In this document: piece after piece, positions 1 to 10,859 of the stretch
Position numbering within the stretch: the first letter of the stretch is position 1
Layout of the letters: the number at the start of each line of letters is the position of its first letter
Assembly: GCF_001194135.2 (NCBI RefSeq)
Contig: NC_068989.1
Span: forward strand, 23,505,432 to 23,551,194
From: Octopus bimaculoides
Lineage: Eukaryota
Reading direction: 5' to 3'
DNA: 45,763 nucleotides
Position numbers and translations under genes: made by a program
Notes under the pieces: generated by a model
The model's input: the letters and a program-made list of their open reading frames with translations, nothing else
What the model was told of the DNA's origin: nothing
The model's database searches: none

Positions 1-243
1 ATATATATATATGAATATATATCTACATAGTGTATATATATATGTATATATATGTATATATATGTATATATCTATCTATATATATATGTGAATATATATC
101 TACATACATGTATATATATATATGTATATATGTATGTATATATATATATGTATATATATATATGTATATATATATATATGTATATATATATGTATATATG
201 TATGTATAAACGTGTATATATATATTATATGTGTGTATATATA
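1..243. repeat. (TA)n/(TATG)n compound microsatellite
   Basis: Direct reading; accounts for ORFs 23..325 and 52..300. Confidence 0.95.
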
Positions 244-534
244 TATCATCAATGCTATCATGAATTGTTCCATCAACTACCAGCTTTAACACTGTCATGA
301 ACAACATCATTGGAGATGTCATCAAATACTCAACATCTCCAGATTGTTAAGTGGTACAGATAAGAAAATAGATAACAAAATATCATCAAACCTAGAATCC
401 CTTTGCATCCTAAACAACCCACACAAATACATACACGGCACGCAGTCATACATACATACACTCCTCACCAAGTCAACTACAACTTCACTTCTGCGCCAAA
501 ATTTGAAAGCCGTTATTATGGGGCTCAAAAACGA

Positions 535-728
535 AGCGATTTGGCAGAATCGTAAGCTTGTCGAACAAAATGCTTAGCGGCATTTCTTCCACCGGGTTAA
601 GTGCTGATTTGAAATTCTCTTGAAGTTGATTTGCCTTCCATCCTTTCGGGGTCAATAAAAAAAGTGCCAAGTGAGTAATGGAGTCGATGTAATCGACAAA
701 TCCCCCATTTAATATTCCGGCCAGGAAA
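535..728 (+). mobile_element. tRNA-derived SINE, family A (diverged copy)
   Basis: tggcagaatcg head, gcttagcggcatttc, catcctttcggggtc and gtcgatgtaatcgac blocks shared with copies at 4367, 4958 and 44784. Confidence 0.8.
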
Positions 729-1511
729 CCCTGGGTAGCTAAATTTCATAAGATTTTTGTGTAGTTCTTATGAATAATATCTTTACTTTCTTCACTGACT
801 GAGTTCTCTACTTGTTGAACGTCATAAACTTCATACCTTCTTACATTTAACAATCACTCGTCAAGCAGTTCATTAACTTTCTTTGGACTACTTACCACTC
901 CTCATCAATTTAATAGGCTGTACACAGAACATATCTTTTTGAAATAAAATACCAAAAATGAAAGCGAACCTGGACATTCAAGGGAAACATATTCCTTTTG
1001 CCTCTGCAAGTTTTAAACTCTACAGTCAATGACAGTCTGACGAAAAATCAGTTTTGAATACCTAGGCACTTATACAACACCACTGATCATTGTTAAAACA
1101 TCTTAAAAGCATTCTTCCAAAAATACACAAAAATAGCCGCAACTTCAAAAGGTTCATTGTACGTAGACAAATTACTACTCTGCTGCATTCTACCAACAGT
1201 AAGTGCAAAAGAATAGCAACGGTTGTGGTTTGATAGAATTCATCATGATACTCCTAACACTTTCGTGGATGTCACTAGAATTTGTGGGTGCATAGGAATA
1301 GACTAGAAAGTGGGAAGAGTAGAATATATGTACACTATCACACTGAACTTTCATACAAATCATAAATACATATCAGAGTGTACAATTAGTTCTTAGCAAA
1401 GCAGAGATATGGTAAACGTAGAAAGAGGAATATGTGACTCGCACCGCGTCGTTCAACCGAGGACCTATGTAGCATATAAGACTGCTGAATCAGGGCTGAC
1501 TGGGGGTCTAA

Positions 1512-1588
1512 ACAATAACAATAACAACAGCAACAACAACAACAACAACAACAACAACAAAACCACCACCACCACCACCACCACCACC
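1512..1588. repeat. (AAC)n/(ACC)n triplet microsatellite running into a gap
   Basis: Direct reading. Confidence 0.95.
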
Positions 1589-2624
1589 NNNNNNNNNNNN
1601 NNNNNNNNNNNNNNNNNNNNNNNNNNNNNNNNNNNNNNNNNNNNNNNNNNNNNNNNNNNNNNNNNNNNNNNNNNNNNNNNNNNNNNNNNNNNNNNNNNNN
1701 NNNNNNNNNNNNNNNNNNNNNNNNNNNNNNNNNNNNNNNNNNNNNNNNNNNNNNNNNNNNNNNNNNNNNNNNNNNNNNNNNNNNNNNNNNNNNNNNNNNN
1801 NNNNNNNNNNNNNNNNNNNNNNNNNNNNNNNNNNNNNNNNNNNNNNNNNNNNNNNNNNNNNNNNNNNNNNNNNNNNNNNNNNNNNNNNNNNNNNNNNNNN
1901 NNNNNNNNNNNNNNNNNNNNNNNNNNNNNNNNNNNNNNNNNNNNNNNNNNNNNNNNNNNNNNNNNNNNNNNNNNNNNNNNNNNNNNNNNNNNNNNNNNNN
2001 NNNNNNNNNNNNNNNNNNNNNNNNNNNNNNNNNNNNNNNNNNNNNNNNNNNNNNNNNNNNNNNNNNNNNNNNNNNNNNNNNNNNNNNNNNNNNNNNNNNN
2101 NNNNNNNNNNNNNNNNNNNNNNNNNNNNNNNNNNNNNNNNNNNNNNNNNNNNNNNNNNNNNNNNNNNNNNNNNNNNNNNNNNNNNNNNNNNNNNNNNNNN
2201 NNNNNNNNNNNNNNNNNNNNNNNNNNNNNNNNNNNNNNNNNNNNNNNNNNNNNNNNNNNNNNNNNNNNNNNNNNNNNNNNNNNNNNNNNNNNNNNNNNNN
2301 NNNNNNNNNNNNNNNNNNNNNNNNNNNNNNNNNNNNNNNNNNNNNNNNNNNNNNNNNNNNNNNNNNNNNNNNNNNNNNNNNNNNNNNNNNNNNNNNNNNN
2401 NNNNNNNNNNNNNNNNNNNNNNNNNNNNNNNNNNNNNNNNNNNNNNNNNNNNNNNNNNNNNNNNNNNNNNNNNNNNNNNNNNNNNNNNNNNNNNNNNNNN
2501 NNNNNNNNNNNNNNNNNNNNNNNNNNNNNNNNNNNNNNNNNNNNNNNNNNNNNNNNNNNNNNNNNNNNNNNNNNNNNCTTTGTCTCTTGTCCTAGCTTGA
2601 TTTACGCGTTCGCCACCACAACCT

Positions 2625-2945
2625 CGTTTAGGCTTAGCAGCCCTTCTTGTTTGTTTTAACTGTCCTGTTTGTGTTACCAATTTTGACTCTCCGCAAAATC
2701 CCAAATTTTATTTAATTTGCTTTGCGGGAGCAACTGTTTTATCGAAAGCGTATATTGTTGTTAAATGCTCGAAATACGAGACTAGAAAAACAGCCAACAA
2801 CTGAAGGGTCGTTCTTTATGTTTGTATTGTTTTCCATTTGTATCTTTCGTTGTTCGAAAGAATAGTTCATGTTGCATGTACTCGTGCTTTGTACTCTTTT
2901 GTTGTGCACGTTTCGTGACGTCCTGTGCCCACACGCATACGCGCG
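2625..2945 (+). repeat. Dispersed repeat, diverged paralogue of 3127-3548 (opposite orientation)
   Basis: Shares cagccctt..gtttgtttt.actgtc, ctccgcaaaa..ccaaattttatttaatttgctttgcggga and gtga.gtcctgt.ccca with the reverse complement of 3200-3548. Confidence 0.75.
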
Positions 2946-3126
2946 CACACACGTATACCTTTTACTTATTACTTGTTCCAGTTATTGGACTGCGACCATG
3001 TTGGGGCACTGTCTTGAAAGATCATAGTCGAACAAATCACCTCCATGACTTATGTCGGAGTCTGTCTGTCTTTCTCTCGTATATATATAGAACTTACTTG
3101 GAAACGGATGCGTGGCGCTCAATCAT

Positions 3127-3800
3127 ATAATAATATAAATAATATATAAATATATGCATATATCCATACATATTGTACATACCTACATCTATATGCATAC
3201 ATACATGCATATATGGGTACAGGACATCACAAAAAAACGTTAAACACAATGAGAAACGAAAACATAAAGACGAAGACAGAAAACGAACATTTTTTCGAAC
3301 AACGAAAAAAAACAAACAAAGAAACGAGACATGCAACATAAAAAATATTTCCCTTCATCAGTTGTCCCTGTTACATCTACTCCGCGTTTCGAAGGCAAGG
3401 ACAATACGCGACTTCGTTGGAACAGTCCTTCCCGCAAAGCAAATTAAATAAAATTTGGAATTTTTTGCGGAGGGTGAAAGTGTAAACAAGAACAGGGCAG
3501 TGAGAACAAGACAGTAAAAACAAACGGTAAGGGCTGTTAGGCCAAGACGATAGAAAAATTATTATTTTGAACGCTAGTTAGATGTGAATGAGAGACAAAA
3601 AATCACGTCTTCTTTATAGGAAGGCAGGAAATAGAAAGAAAGAATCCCTTTCGTCACGTGTTTCGTTTCTCATTGTGTTTAACGTTTTTTGTGATGTCCT
3701 GTACCCATATATGCATGTATGTATACATATAGATGAAGGTATGTACATATATGTATGGATATATGTATATATTTATATATTATTTATACTATATATATAT
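3127..3800. repeat. Element with ~140 bp inverted arms (3127-3264 / 3659-3800); possibly a Penelope pLTR-type remnant
   Basis: tgggtacaggacatcacaaaaaaacgttaaacacaatgagaaacgaaa is the reverse complement of tttcgtttctcattgtgtttaacgttttttgtgatgtcctgtaccca; the similarity continues into the AT-rich flanks. The class assignment is inference. Confidence 0.75.
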
Positions 3801-4366
3801 ATAAATATCATCACTCTTTTGACACTTATAGTAATATTATTAAATTAGTTGGTGTCAGCAACATAAACAGCTAGGTGAATAAGTCAGTAGCCAGGAGAGG
3901 CGGACACGAACAGGAAAAAATGAAACAAGTGCATTTTACAAGAATGCTGCTCATTATATGTTGGGAAATATTACAAATATACTTTTAGCATTTTGGAAAT
4001 AACATCATATAATCTTACCTGGGTACAATAGTTATAATTTTAATTTTGCTTTCAAATTTCATGATGCTTATATACAATAATGACATTAATTCTAATTTCT
4101 AAAATAAAAATATTTATTGAATTAAATCAAAATTCTCATTTGTATATTTGCATTAAATGTATTTTATCAATAACACCGATACTGCTTTATAATCAATTAA
4201 TTACAGATGTAATATATTAATTCCATATATGGCAACGAGAGACTTTTAGCGTTAGCAAGTAATTAATAATTAGTATTACTACTAGAATATTAACCTTTTA
4301 CATGACAGTGGTTTAATGTGAGAATATAGTTTTGCAACTGTGATCAATATCAAATAATGATACAAA

Positions 4367-4570
4367 GCGGTGAGCTCGCTGGCTCGTTAACTCGTTGGGA
4401 AAAAAGCTTAGCGGCATTTCGTACGTTCTGAGTTCAAATTCCACCGAGGTCGACTTTGAATTTCATCCTTTCGGGTCGATAAAATAAGTACCAGTTGAAT
4501 AGGGATCAATGTAATCAACTAATTCCCTCTCACGAAATTTCTGGCCGTGTACCAACATTTTAAACCAGTA
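4367..4570 (+). mobile_element. tRNA-derived SINE, family A
   Basis: B-box-like gagttcaaattcc; gaggtcgactttg..tttcatcctttcggg; ataaaataagtaccagtt; 3' aaatttctggcc..aaaccagta. Confidence 0.85.
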
Positions 4571-4957
4571 TCAAGTAATGATACAATGAATATGACTTAC
4601 TTTTTTCTCAAATTTCAAATTTTAAAAAAGTTCCCAAAAGTTTTACTTGAACTATATTTTAACCTAATAAACTAAATTTTCAAATCATTTAAGTAGCATC
4701 AAATTTTCCATTTCGTTATATTTTGACCATAATTAATTACTCTTATGTTACTCTATGTACACCCCCCCTTATAATCCGCACTGATTTACGGGTAGGAATT
4801 CAGACTCCCGTAGCGTTAAGACTTCTTTATTGGTATCTTTCATACACTTGTAATTTGCATTGTAGAGTATTAATAAACTTGTACCAATTATACTAATGTA
4901 CAGGCACTTGTATTTCAGTCGATTATTTAAGTTAATTTAATATCAGTTTTACTTCAA

Positions 4958-5160
4958 GGTGTCGAGCTGGCAGAATCGTTGGTACCTCGGGTAAAATGAC
5001 AATCAGAATTTCGCACGTTTTTACGTTCTGAGTTCAAATTCTGTTGACTTTGTCTTTCATTCTTTTTCGAGGTCGATAAAAAAAGTACTAGTTAAGTCGA
5101 TTACATCGACTTAATCCGCTCTGAAATTGCTGGCCATGTGTTAAAATTTAAAACCAGTAT
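4958..5160 (+). mobile_element. tRNA-derived SINE, family A
   Basis: gagctggcagaatcgtt head, ttacgttctgagttcaaattc B-box region, 3' gctggccatgtg..aaaccagtat. Confidence 0.85.
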
Positions 5161-5489
5161 TTACTTACTTTAGAGTATGTTGACCAAAGTATCGGAAAAA
5201 TCAGTAACCTGTAAAAGCTTTGGAACCAAAGTTTCTGGAAAATCGATGCTGAACTTGCATTTCTTCATGTTTTTTTTAAGGGTTAGTCAGGGGAATAGAG
5301 CACTACCCTTTATAGGGCTTCCAAAGCTTGTAGGAGAAAGGGAGGGAGACAGCCTTATATAGGAGAGCTGACCCGAATACTGGTAACTGAGCAGATTTAG
5401 TCAAAGTCCTCTAGGATTAGGTTAAACAGGATGAGAGAGTAAATCTATCACCCAAGTAAGTCACAGCAGAATTTGAATCAAGAAAGCAA

Positions 5490-5810
5490 AGAACCAGAAC
5501 AAATATCATAAGGCATCTCGCCCGATATTTTACTGATTCCACCAAAACCTAACACCATCGACTGGTGCTTAATCAGCTTCAGAAGAACGTAAGGTAAAAT
5601 TGAGCTCGGCCGGATTTGAACTCGGCCGGATTTGAACTCAGAACGCAGAGCTGAACAAATATCGCAAAGCATCACATCCGGTACTCTACCAATTGCGTCA
5701 AGCCTTACCACCTTAGAATAGCGTTTGATTCATCGACCTAAAAATATTGAAAGGCAAAGTTGACCTTGGTGGAATTTGAGCTCTGAACGCAAAATGCCAG
5801 TATATATACT
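5490..5810 (-). mobile_element. Cluster of degraded family A SINE fragments, with a 16 bp tandem duplication at 5605-5636
   Basis: ggatttgaactcagaacg and gaaaggcaaagttgacc..ggaatttgagctctgaacg match the reverse complement of family A; ctcggccggatttgaa occurs twice in tandem. Confidence 0.65.
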
Positions 5811-6199
5811 GCATGACATTTCTTTTGATATTATAACTACACTGTCAAATCGTGGCCCACGTCTTACTAAGATAGTTTAGAAAATTGCAAATCCAAACTT
5901 ACAGATCACAGATACAATCGATTTACGTGAAACTGCCAATTTCAATTTTATAACTTTACAACAAACCAATAAAAAGAGACCGTGTAATTATTTTCTTGAA
6001 CTTGCTGTATTTCTTTTGCAGCAAAAGTCTTATTATATTCATATTTTAGTTAACTGTTCTAAAGTAAATATTTGCACAATAAACGTTTTATGTTTAGATT
6101 CTACGTCAAGAGTTTATTTCTAATGTTTTAGTGAACTCCATTAAAAAAATAGTTGCATCATAAACATTTTTACACAAATTCTATAAAAATCACATCATA

Positions 6200-6364
6200 G
6201 GAGCTGGAATGGCAGAGTGATTAAGAAGCTCATTTCATAATTACGTGGTTTCGGATTCAGGACTACTTCACGGCACCTTGGGTAAGTGTCTCCTGCTATA
6301 GCCCTTAGCCGACCTACGCTTTATGAGTGACTCTGCTACAAGGAAACTGTATGGAAGCCCGTCG
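6200..6364 (+). mobile_element. tRNA-derived SINE, family B, 5' half ending at its internal (TA)n slot and a gap
   Basis: ggcaccttgggtaagtgtctcctgctatagcc..ggaaactg..gaagcccgtcg, homologous to 27628-27780 (minus) and 42055-42143. Confidence 0.8.
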
Positions 6365-7142
6365 AATATATATATATATANNNNNNNNNNNNNNNNNNNN
6401 NNNNNNNNNNNNNNNNNNNNNNNNNNNNNNNNNNNNNNNNNNNNNNNNNNNNNNNNNNNNNNNNNNNNNNNNNNNNNNNNNNNNNNNNNNNNNNNNNNNN
6501 NNNNNNNNNNNNNNNNNNNNNNNNNNNNNNNNNNNNNNNNNNNNNNNNNNNNNNNNNNNNNNNNNNNNNNNNNNNNNNNNNNNNNNNNNNNNNNNNNNNN
6601 NNNNNNNNNNNNNNNNNNNNNNNNNNNNNNNNNNNNNNNNNNNNNNNNNNNNNNNNNNNNNNNNNNNNNNNNNNNNNNNNNNNNNNNNNNNNNNNNNNNN
6701 NNNNNNNNNNNNNNNNNNNNNNNNNNNNNNNNNNNNNNNNNNNNNNNNNNNNNNNNNNNNNNNNNNNNNNNNNNNNNNNNNNNNNNNNNNNNNNNNNNNN
6801 NNNNNNNNNNNNNNNNNNNNNNNNNNNNNNNNNNNNNNNNNNNNNNNNNNNNNNNNNNNNNNNNNNNNNNNNNNNNNNNNNNNNNNNNNNNNNNNNNNNN
6901 NNNNNNNNNNNNNNNNNNNNNNNNNNNNNNNNNNNNNNNNNNNNNNNNNNNNNNNNNNNNNNNNNNNNNNNNNNNNNNNNNNNNNNNNNNNNNNNNNNNN
7001 NNNNNNNNNNNNNNNNNNNNNNNNNNNNNNNNAAATAATAAGGGTGACAAATTGAATATTAATTTGATTAATATCAATTTAAAACCAGTGGCCTAGCATA
7101 TTGAAAAAATCTGAAGATACAGATTTTAGATATATATATATA

Positions 7143-8256
7143 TAGGGGCGGGACAAAATAATGGAAACACTTGGCATCATAGCATCATAATAGAACCGTC
7201 AAAAGCTTGCTTATTTTTATGCTTTTTGATTTATTATTTGTGTTTAATGTTTTGCTAAAGTTGCTATTTCTTTTCAGATATCATCAGAAAAAGGTAAATA
7301 AAATTCATTAAGATGACAGATCTATCGGTCAAATTGGTGCTCATATGGCAGCTGCTAACGTAACGAAAACAGCCGAAATGTTTGGTGTGTCAAAAAGTAC
7401 TGTCTCAAAAGTAATGACAGCTTTTTAGAAAGAAGGAAAAACCTCCTCGTCAAAACAAAACTCCGGAAGAAATCCAAAACTTTCAAATAGGGACCGCCGG
7501 ACTCTTAACCGAATTGTTAGAAAGGATCATAAAAGTACAGCTCCCAAAATTACTGCAGAGCTTAATGGCCACCTCAAGAACCCATTTTCAAGAAAACTGT
7601 TCGTCGGGAGCTGCACAAAGCCGGGTTTCACAGGAGGGCTTCAATCACTACTTTCAAAAACAAACGCTGGAAATCATTTAGAGTGGAGTAAAAACATACA
7701 GAATTGATCCCAAGAGCAGTGGAAGAATGTTATTTTCTCGGACGAATCACCCTTTACCTTATTTCCAGCCATCGGCAGCTGTGGAAGCAGCCAAAAGAAG
7801 CATTTGACCCAGACTGCCTTCTTTCAACTGTTTTATCTGATGAAATTCATCCTATGGTTACGGTATTGTTTCCGGGGACACACACAATCTTTCAGAATGA
7901 TAATGCACCAATTCACATAGCTAAAGTTGTTACTGAATGGCACAAGGAATATTCTAGTGAAGTTGAACATCTTATCTGGCCACCACAGTCCCCATATATC
8001 AATATTATTGAACATTTATGGTGCATTTTAGAAAAACAAGTAAAGAGTCGTTATCCTCCACCATCATCACTACAAGAACTAGAGACTGTTTTAGTTGAAG
8101 AATGCACAAAAATTCCTTTGGAAACGATTCAAACTTTGTACGTGTCCATACCTCATAGAATTCGAGCTGTAATTACTGCCAAAGGTGGTCCTACCCCATA
8201 TTAAAATAAGTTTGTTTGAAATTTTAAGGTGTTTCTATTATTTTGTCCAACCCCTG
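7143..8256 (+). mobile_element. Tc1/mariner DNA transposon, DD36E (Incomer-like), non-functional copy
   Basis: 30 bp imperfect TIRs (7143-7172 taggggcgggacaaaataatggaaacactt; 8227-8256 reverse complement caggggttggacaaaataatagaaacacct, 25/30 match), TA on both sides, internal transposase remnant. Confidence 0.93.
7313..8204 (+). pseudogene. Tc1-family transposase pseudogene (stops, frameshifts, deletions)
   Basis: HTH region VTKTAEMFGVSKSTVSKVM, SGRNPKLSNRDRRTL, KTVRRELHKAG; WKNVIFSDES (D1); FQNDNAPIH (D2); WPPQSPYINIIEHLW (E), 36 residues between D2 and E; ends AVITAKGGPTPY*. Confidence 0.92.
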
Positions 8257-8296
8257 TATATATATATACACATACACGTATATGTGTGTGTGTGTG

Positions 8297-8760
8297 GAGA
8301 GTAGAAAGAGCTTTCGTCACTAGCCTGTTGTTGTCTCACACTGAGGACGGGTAACCACCCAGAAATATTGGTCTGTGAGTATCACGTAAGGCTAGAGATA
8401 GGAGCGATGACCTCCCTTGCTATACGGACACAAACTGTGTGTCGATAGCCAGCTGGAAAGATGTTTTTCATGGGGCTAAAACAACAGTAACATCGTCCTT
8501 TATTGGATTGCCACATTCTGTGAGCATATAAACTTTGCTATTTGGTACTATTACTGTATATCTCTCACTCAGAGATTTAAAACAAATTGTTTATCTCTAT
8601 ACGAGATCAGCGACTGTGTGTCACTTAAAGAATATATATAGTATTTGCGAGTGGAGAGAGCTTTCGTCACTAGACAGACTATGGGTGTCTCACACTCAGG
8701 ACGGGTAACCATCCAGAAACCTAGGTCTGTGAGATTTAAAACAAGTTGTTTTTCTCTATA
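8297..8760 (+). repeat. Mosaic direct repeat: A (8297-8379), B (8572-8601), then fused A-B (8649-8760)
   Basis: gagctttcgtcactag..gtctcacact.aggacgggtaacca.ccagaaa..ggtctgtgag twice; gagatttaaaacaa.ttgttt.tctctata twice. Confidence 0.8.
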
Positions 8761-9254
8761 ATAATTATTATATATGTACACGAATCAATTAAGACTAATC
8801 CAATTATGGTAACGTAATATGATGACATTTTAGGAGTGGATGGGGACGAAAGACTAATTATTCAATGTCTTCTTCTTCTTAAGAAGACAGTAGAGTGTAA
8901 TTTGAAGGATATTTGAATTCTATTTCTAGCAGGTCAAACAACTACTTAGAAGACTCCTCATTTAGCTGACTCACCATTGATGACTCAGATTCAGTTCAAC
9001 CCTTTAGCATTCAAATTATCCTCTCAAATGTAATGCTTATTTATTCACATTGTTTTGAACTAATCATGCATTGAAGTCATCTAGGATGATAACTTCAAAA
9101 AGAAGCAAGTCCAAAAATGTTTCTACGCTCGTTCGTTTTGGCGATTAAGTTTTTTAGGAGGATGTGCAAAGCATTTTTATTGTCCGCCAAAAATTTTAGG
9201 GGATGCAAACACACCCCTGCAGCTGCTTTTCCCGGGCTTATGATATATGATATA

Positions 9255-9370
9255 TATATGTACACACACACACACACACACACACACGTATATTTGCGCG
9301 CGCGCGCGCGCGTGTGCGCGCGTATATGTGTGTGTGTAAGTGTGCGTGTGTATGTGTGTGTGCATGTGTT
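9255..9370. repeat. (CA)n-(CG)n-(TG)n alternating purine/pyrimidine tract
   Basis: Direct reading; lies immediately upstream of a family B SINE 3' half. Confidence 0.9.
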
Positions 9371-9573
9371 CGTGTTTATCGCCACCGCTTGACAACCTGT
9401 GTTGGTTGTTCACGCCCGCGGTTCGGCAAAAATGGAATAGAATAAGTATCAAACTGATAAGAAAATGCTAAGTACTGGGGGCCGATTTGTTGGACTAAAA
9501 CCCTGCAAGGCGGTTCAACACCCTTCGAAGGTGGCTCCCCAGCATGTCCTATAACTGAAACAAGTAAAAAAAT
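9371..9573 (+). mobile_element. SINE family B, 3' half
   Basis: cgcttgacaacc..gttgg, gcggttcggcaaaa, tagaataagta, aagtactggggg.cgattt, ccagcatg..actgaaacaagtaaaa. Confidence 0.8.
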
Positions 9574-9755
9574 ACGAGTTATTTTGACATAGAAATTTAT
9601 TAGTACATTTTATTGAGTGAAAACATGGTAATCATTTAAGAAATATTTCTGTCGTTTATGAGAGGAAACCAGTAATTGTAAGTGTTGTTGATTTTTGGCT
9701 TAATTTAAAGTTACATCTAATACTGCATGATCCATGACGGCCTCTTGTAGATATA

Positions 9756-9958
9756 CGAAGGGGTGCTGAAATGTTCCTGGCTTTGGGAAAAGAAAATACA
9801 GGACAATCAATTAATTATGATTTTCTCCTACATATTCTCCTCCCAGATTCACACACTTATTGCAGCGGCCCTTCTGTTTTACTAAGTCCTGTAAAAGAAC
9901 TCGGAAGGTCGGGACTCCAGCCAGGTGTTTCGTAATCCCCATAAAGCCAGTATTTTCA
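9756..9958. mobile_element. Short mariner-like non-autonomous element (MITE), degraded
   Basis: TA followed by cgaaggggtgctgaaatgttcctggcttt, a mariner-like terminus; partial inverted match aaagccag..ttttca at 9943-9958. Confidence 0.5.
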
Positions 9959-10339
9959 CTCTGTTAAATGTTTAACACTGTGATTCGATCTATTCACTGC
10001 AATTACGAAGGCTTGTATCGAAGATACTTGTTTATAACTAAGCTAAAATATATGATTTGTCTTGTTAGATGCCTAATTAAGGCGTGGAATGTAACCGTTT
10101 TCTTCATTATTGCAGTCAATATTTCTGGAAGAAGAAATTGGGTGTGAGTTTCTTTAACGATGATTAGTCGCATTGTAAAACCTTTTTGAAGCTGACATAT
10201 TAACATCCTAATGCAGCATCCATACTAACATCACGACTTACATACTTACATCTTAATACAGCCAAGGTGCACATTTACAATATGAAGTGACAATCTACAT
10301 GGATTTTGTTTATTTAGGAATTCAACAGAAAAATTTAGG

Positions 10340-10775
10340 ACCACCACCATCACCAGCTTATCCTCATCATCGTCGTCGTCGTCGTCGTCGTCATCGCCGT
10401 CGCTGACCACGTAGTTGTCATCATCCTCCTTCTCATCATCATCATTACTGTCATCGTCGTCGTCATCACGATGATTATCACCAACTGTTTCATTATCATC
10501 AGCTTTGCCATCATCATCACCATCACTCCTCCCTGTCACCTCCATTCCTCCTCCCCACCATACCATCTTCCTCCATCTCCTCCTACTCCTCCCTTTCTCC
10601 TCCTCCTCCCTCTCTTCATTCTCCTCCCTCTCTTCCTTCTCCTTCTCCTCCCTCTCTTTCTTCTCCTCCCTACTCTCCTCCCACTCCTCCTATTCATTGT
10701 TGTCATCACCTCCTTCTCCCCAGCATCGTCATCATTACCATCTTCCTTCTCCTTCTCCTCATCATCATTATCATC
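10340..10775. repeat. Compound triplet/polypyrimidine tract: (CAT)n, (CGT)n, (CTC/CTT)n
   Basis: Direct reading; accounts for the poly-D/S/R ORFs. Confidence 0.9.
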
Positions 10776-10859
10776 AGTAACAGAATCATTGCATTCATAT
10801 TCTTTTGTTACACAAAGTAGGAGCTGGTGAATGTCACTTTTAATATTCAATGTATCTTT

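Noticed and set aside
244-430. Possible LINE C-terminal remnant ([21 protein letters not shown])
   Set aside because: Only a vague resemblance to RLE tails; no diagnostic motif
1409-2704. Long ORFs spanning N-gaps (also 6268-7096, 13131-13976, 17466-18339, 18947-19863, 36513-37047, 39728-41165)
   Set aside because: Their length comes from untranslatable N runs and microsatellites; there is no coding evidence
3345-3410. Minus-strand cgaaacgcg..gta..ctgatgaaggg as a permuted (type II) hammerhead
   Set aside because: Stems I and II cannot be paired in the required register; ttgtcc/ggacaa favours a different fold
8996-9085. caaccctttagcattc.. segment resembling a common MITE end
   Set aside because: Single copy with no partner terminus in the window; recognition from memory only
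10246-10850. Asp/Glu/Arg/Ser-rich ORFs
   Set aside because: Translations of triplet and polypyrimidine repeats
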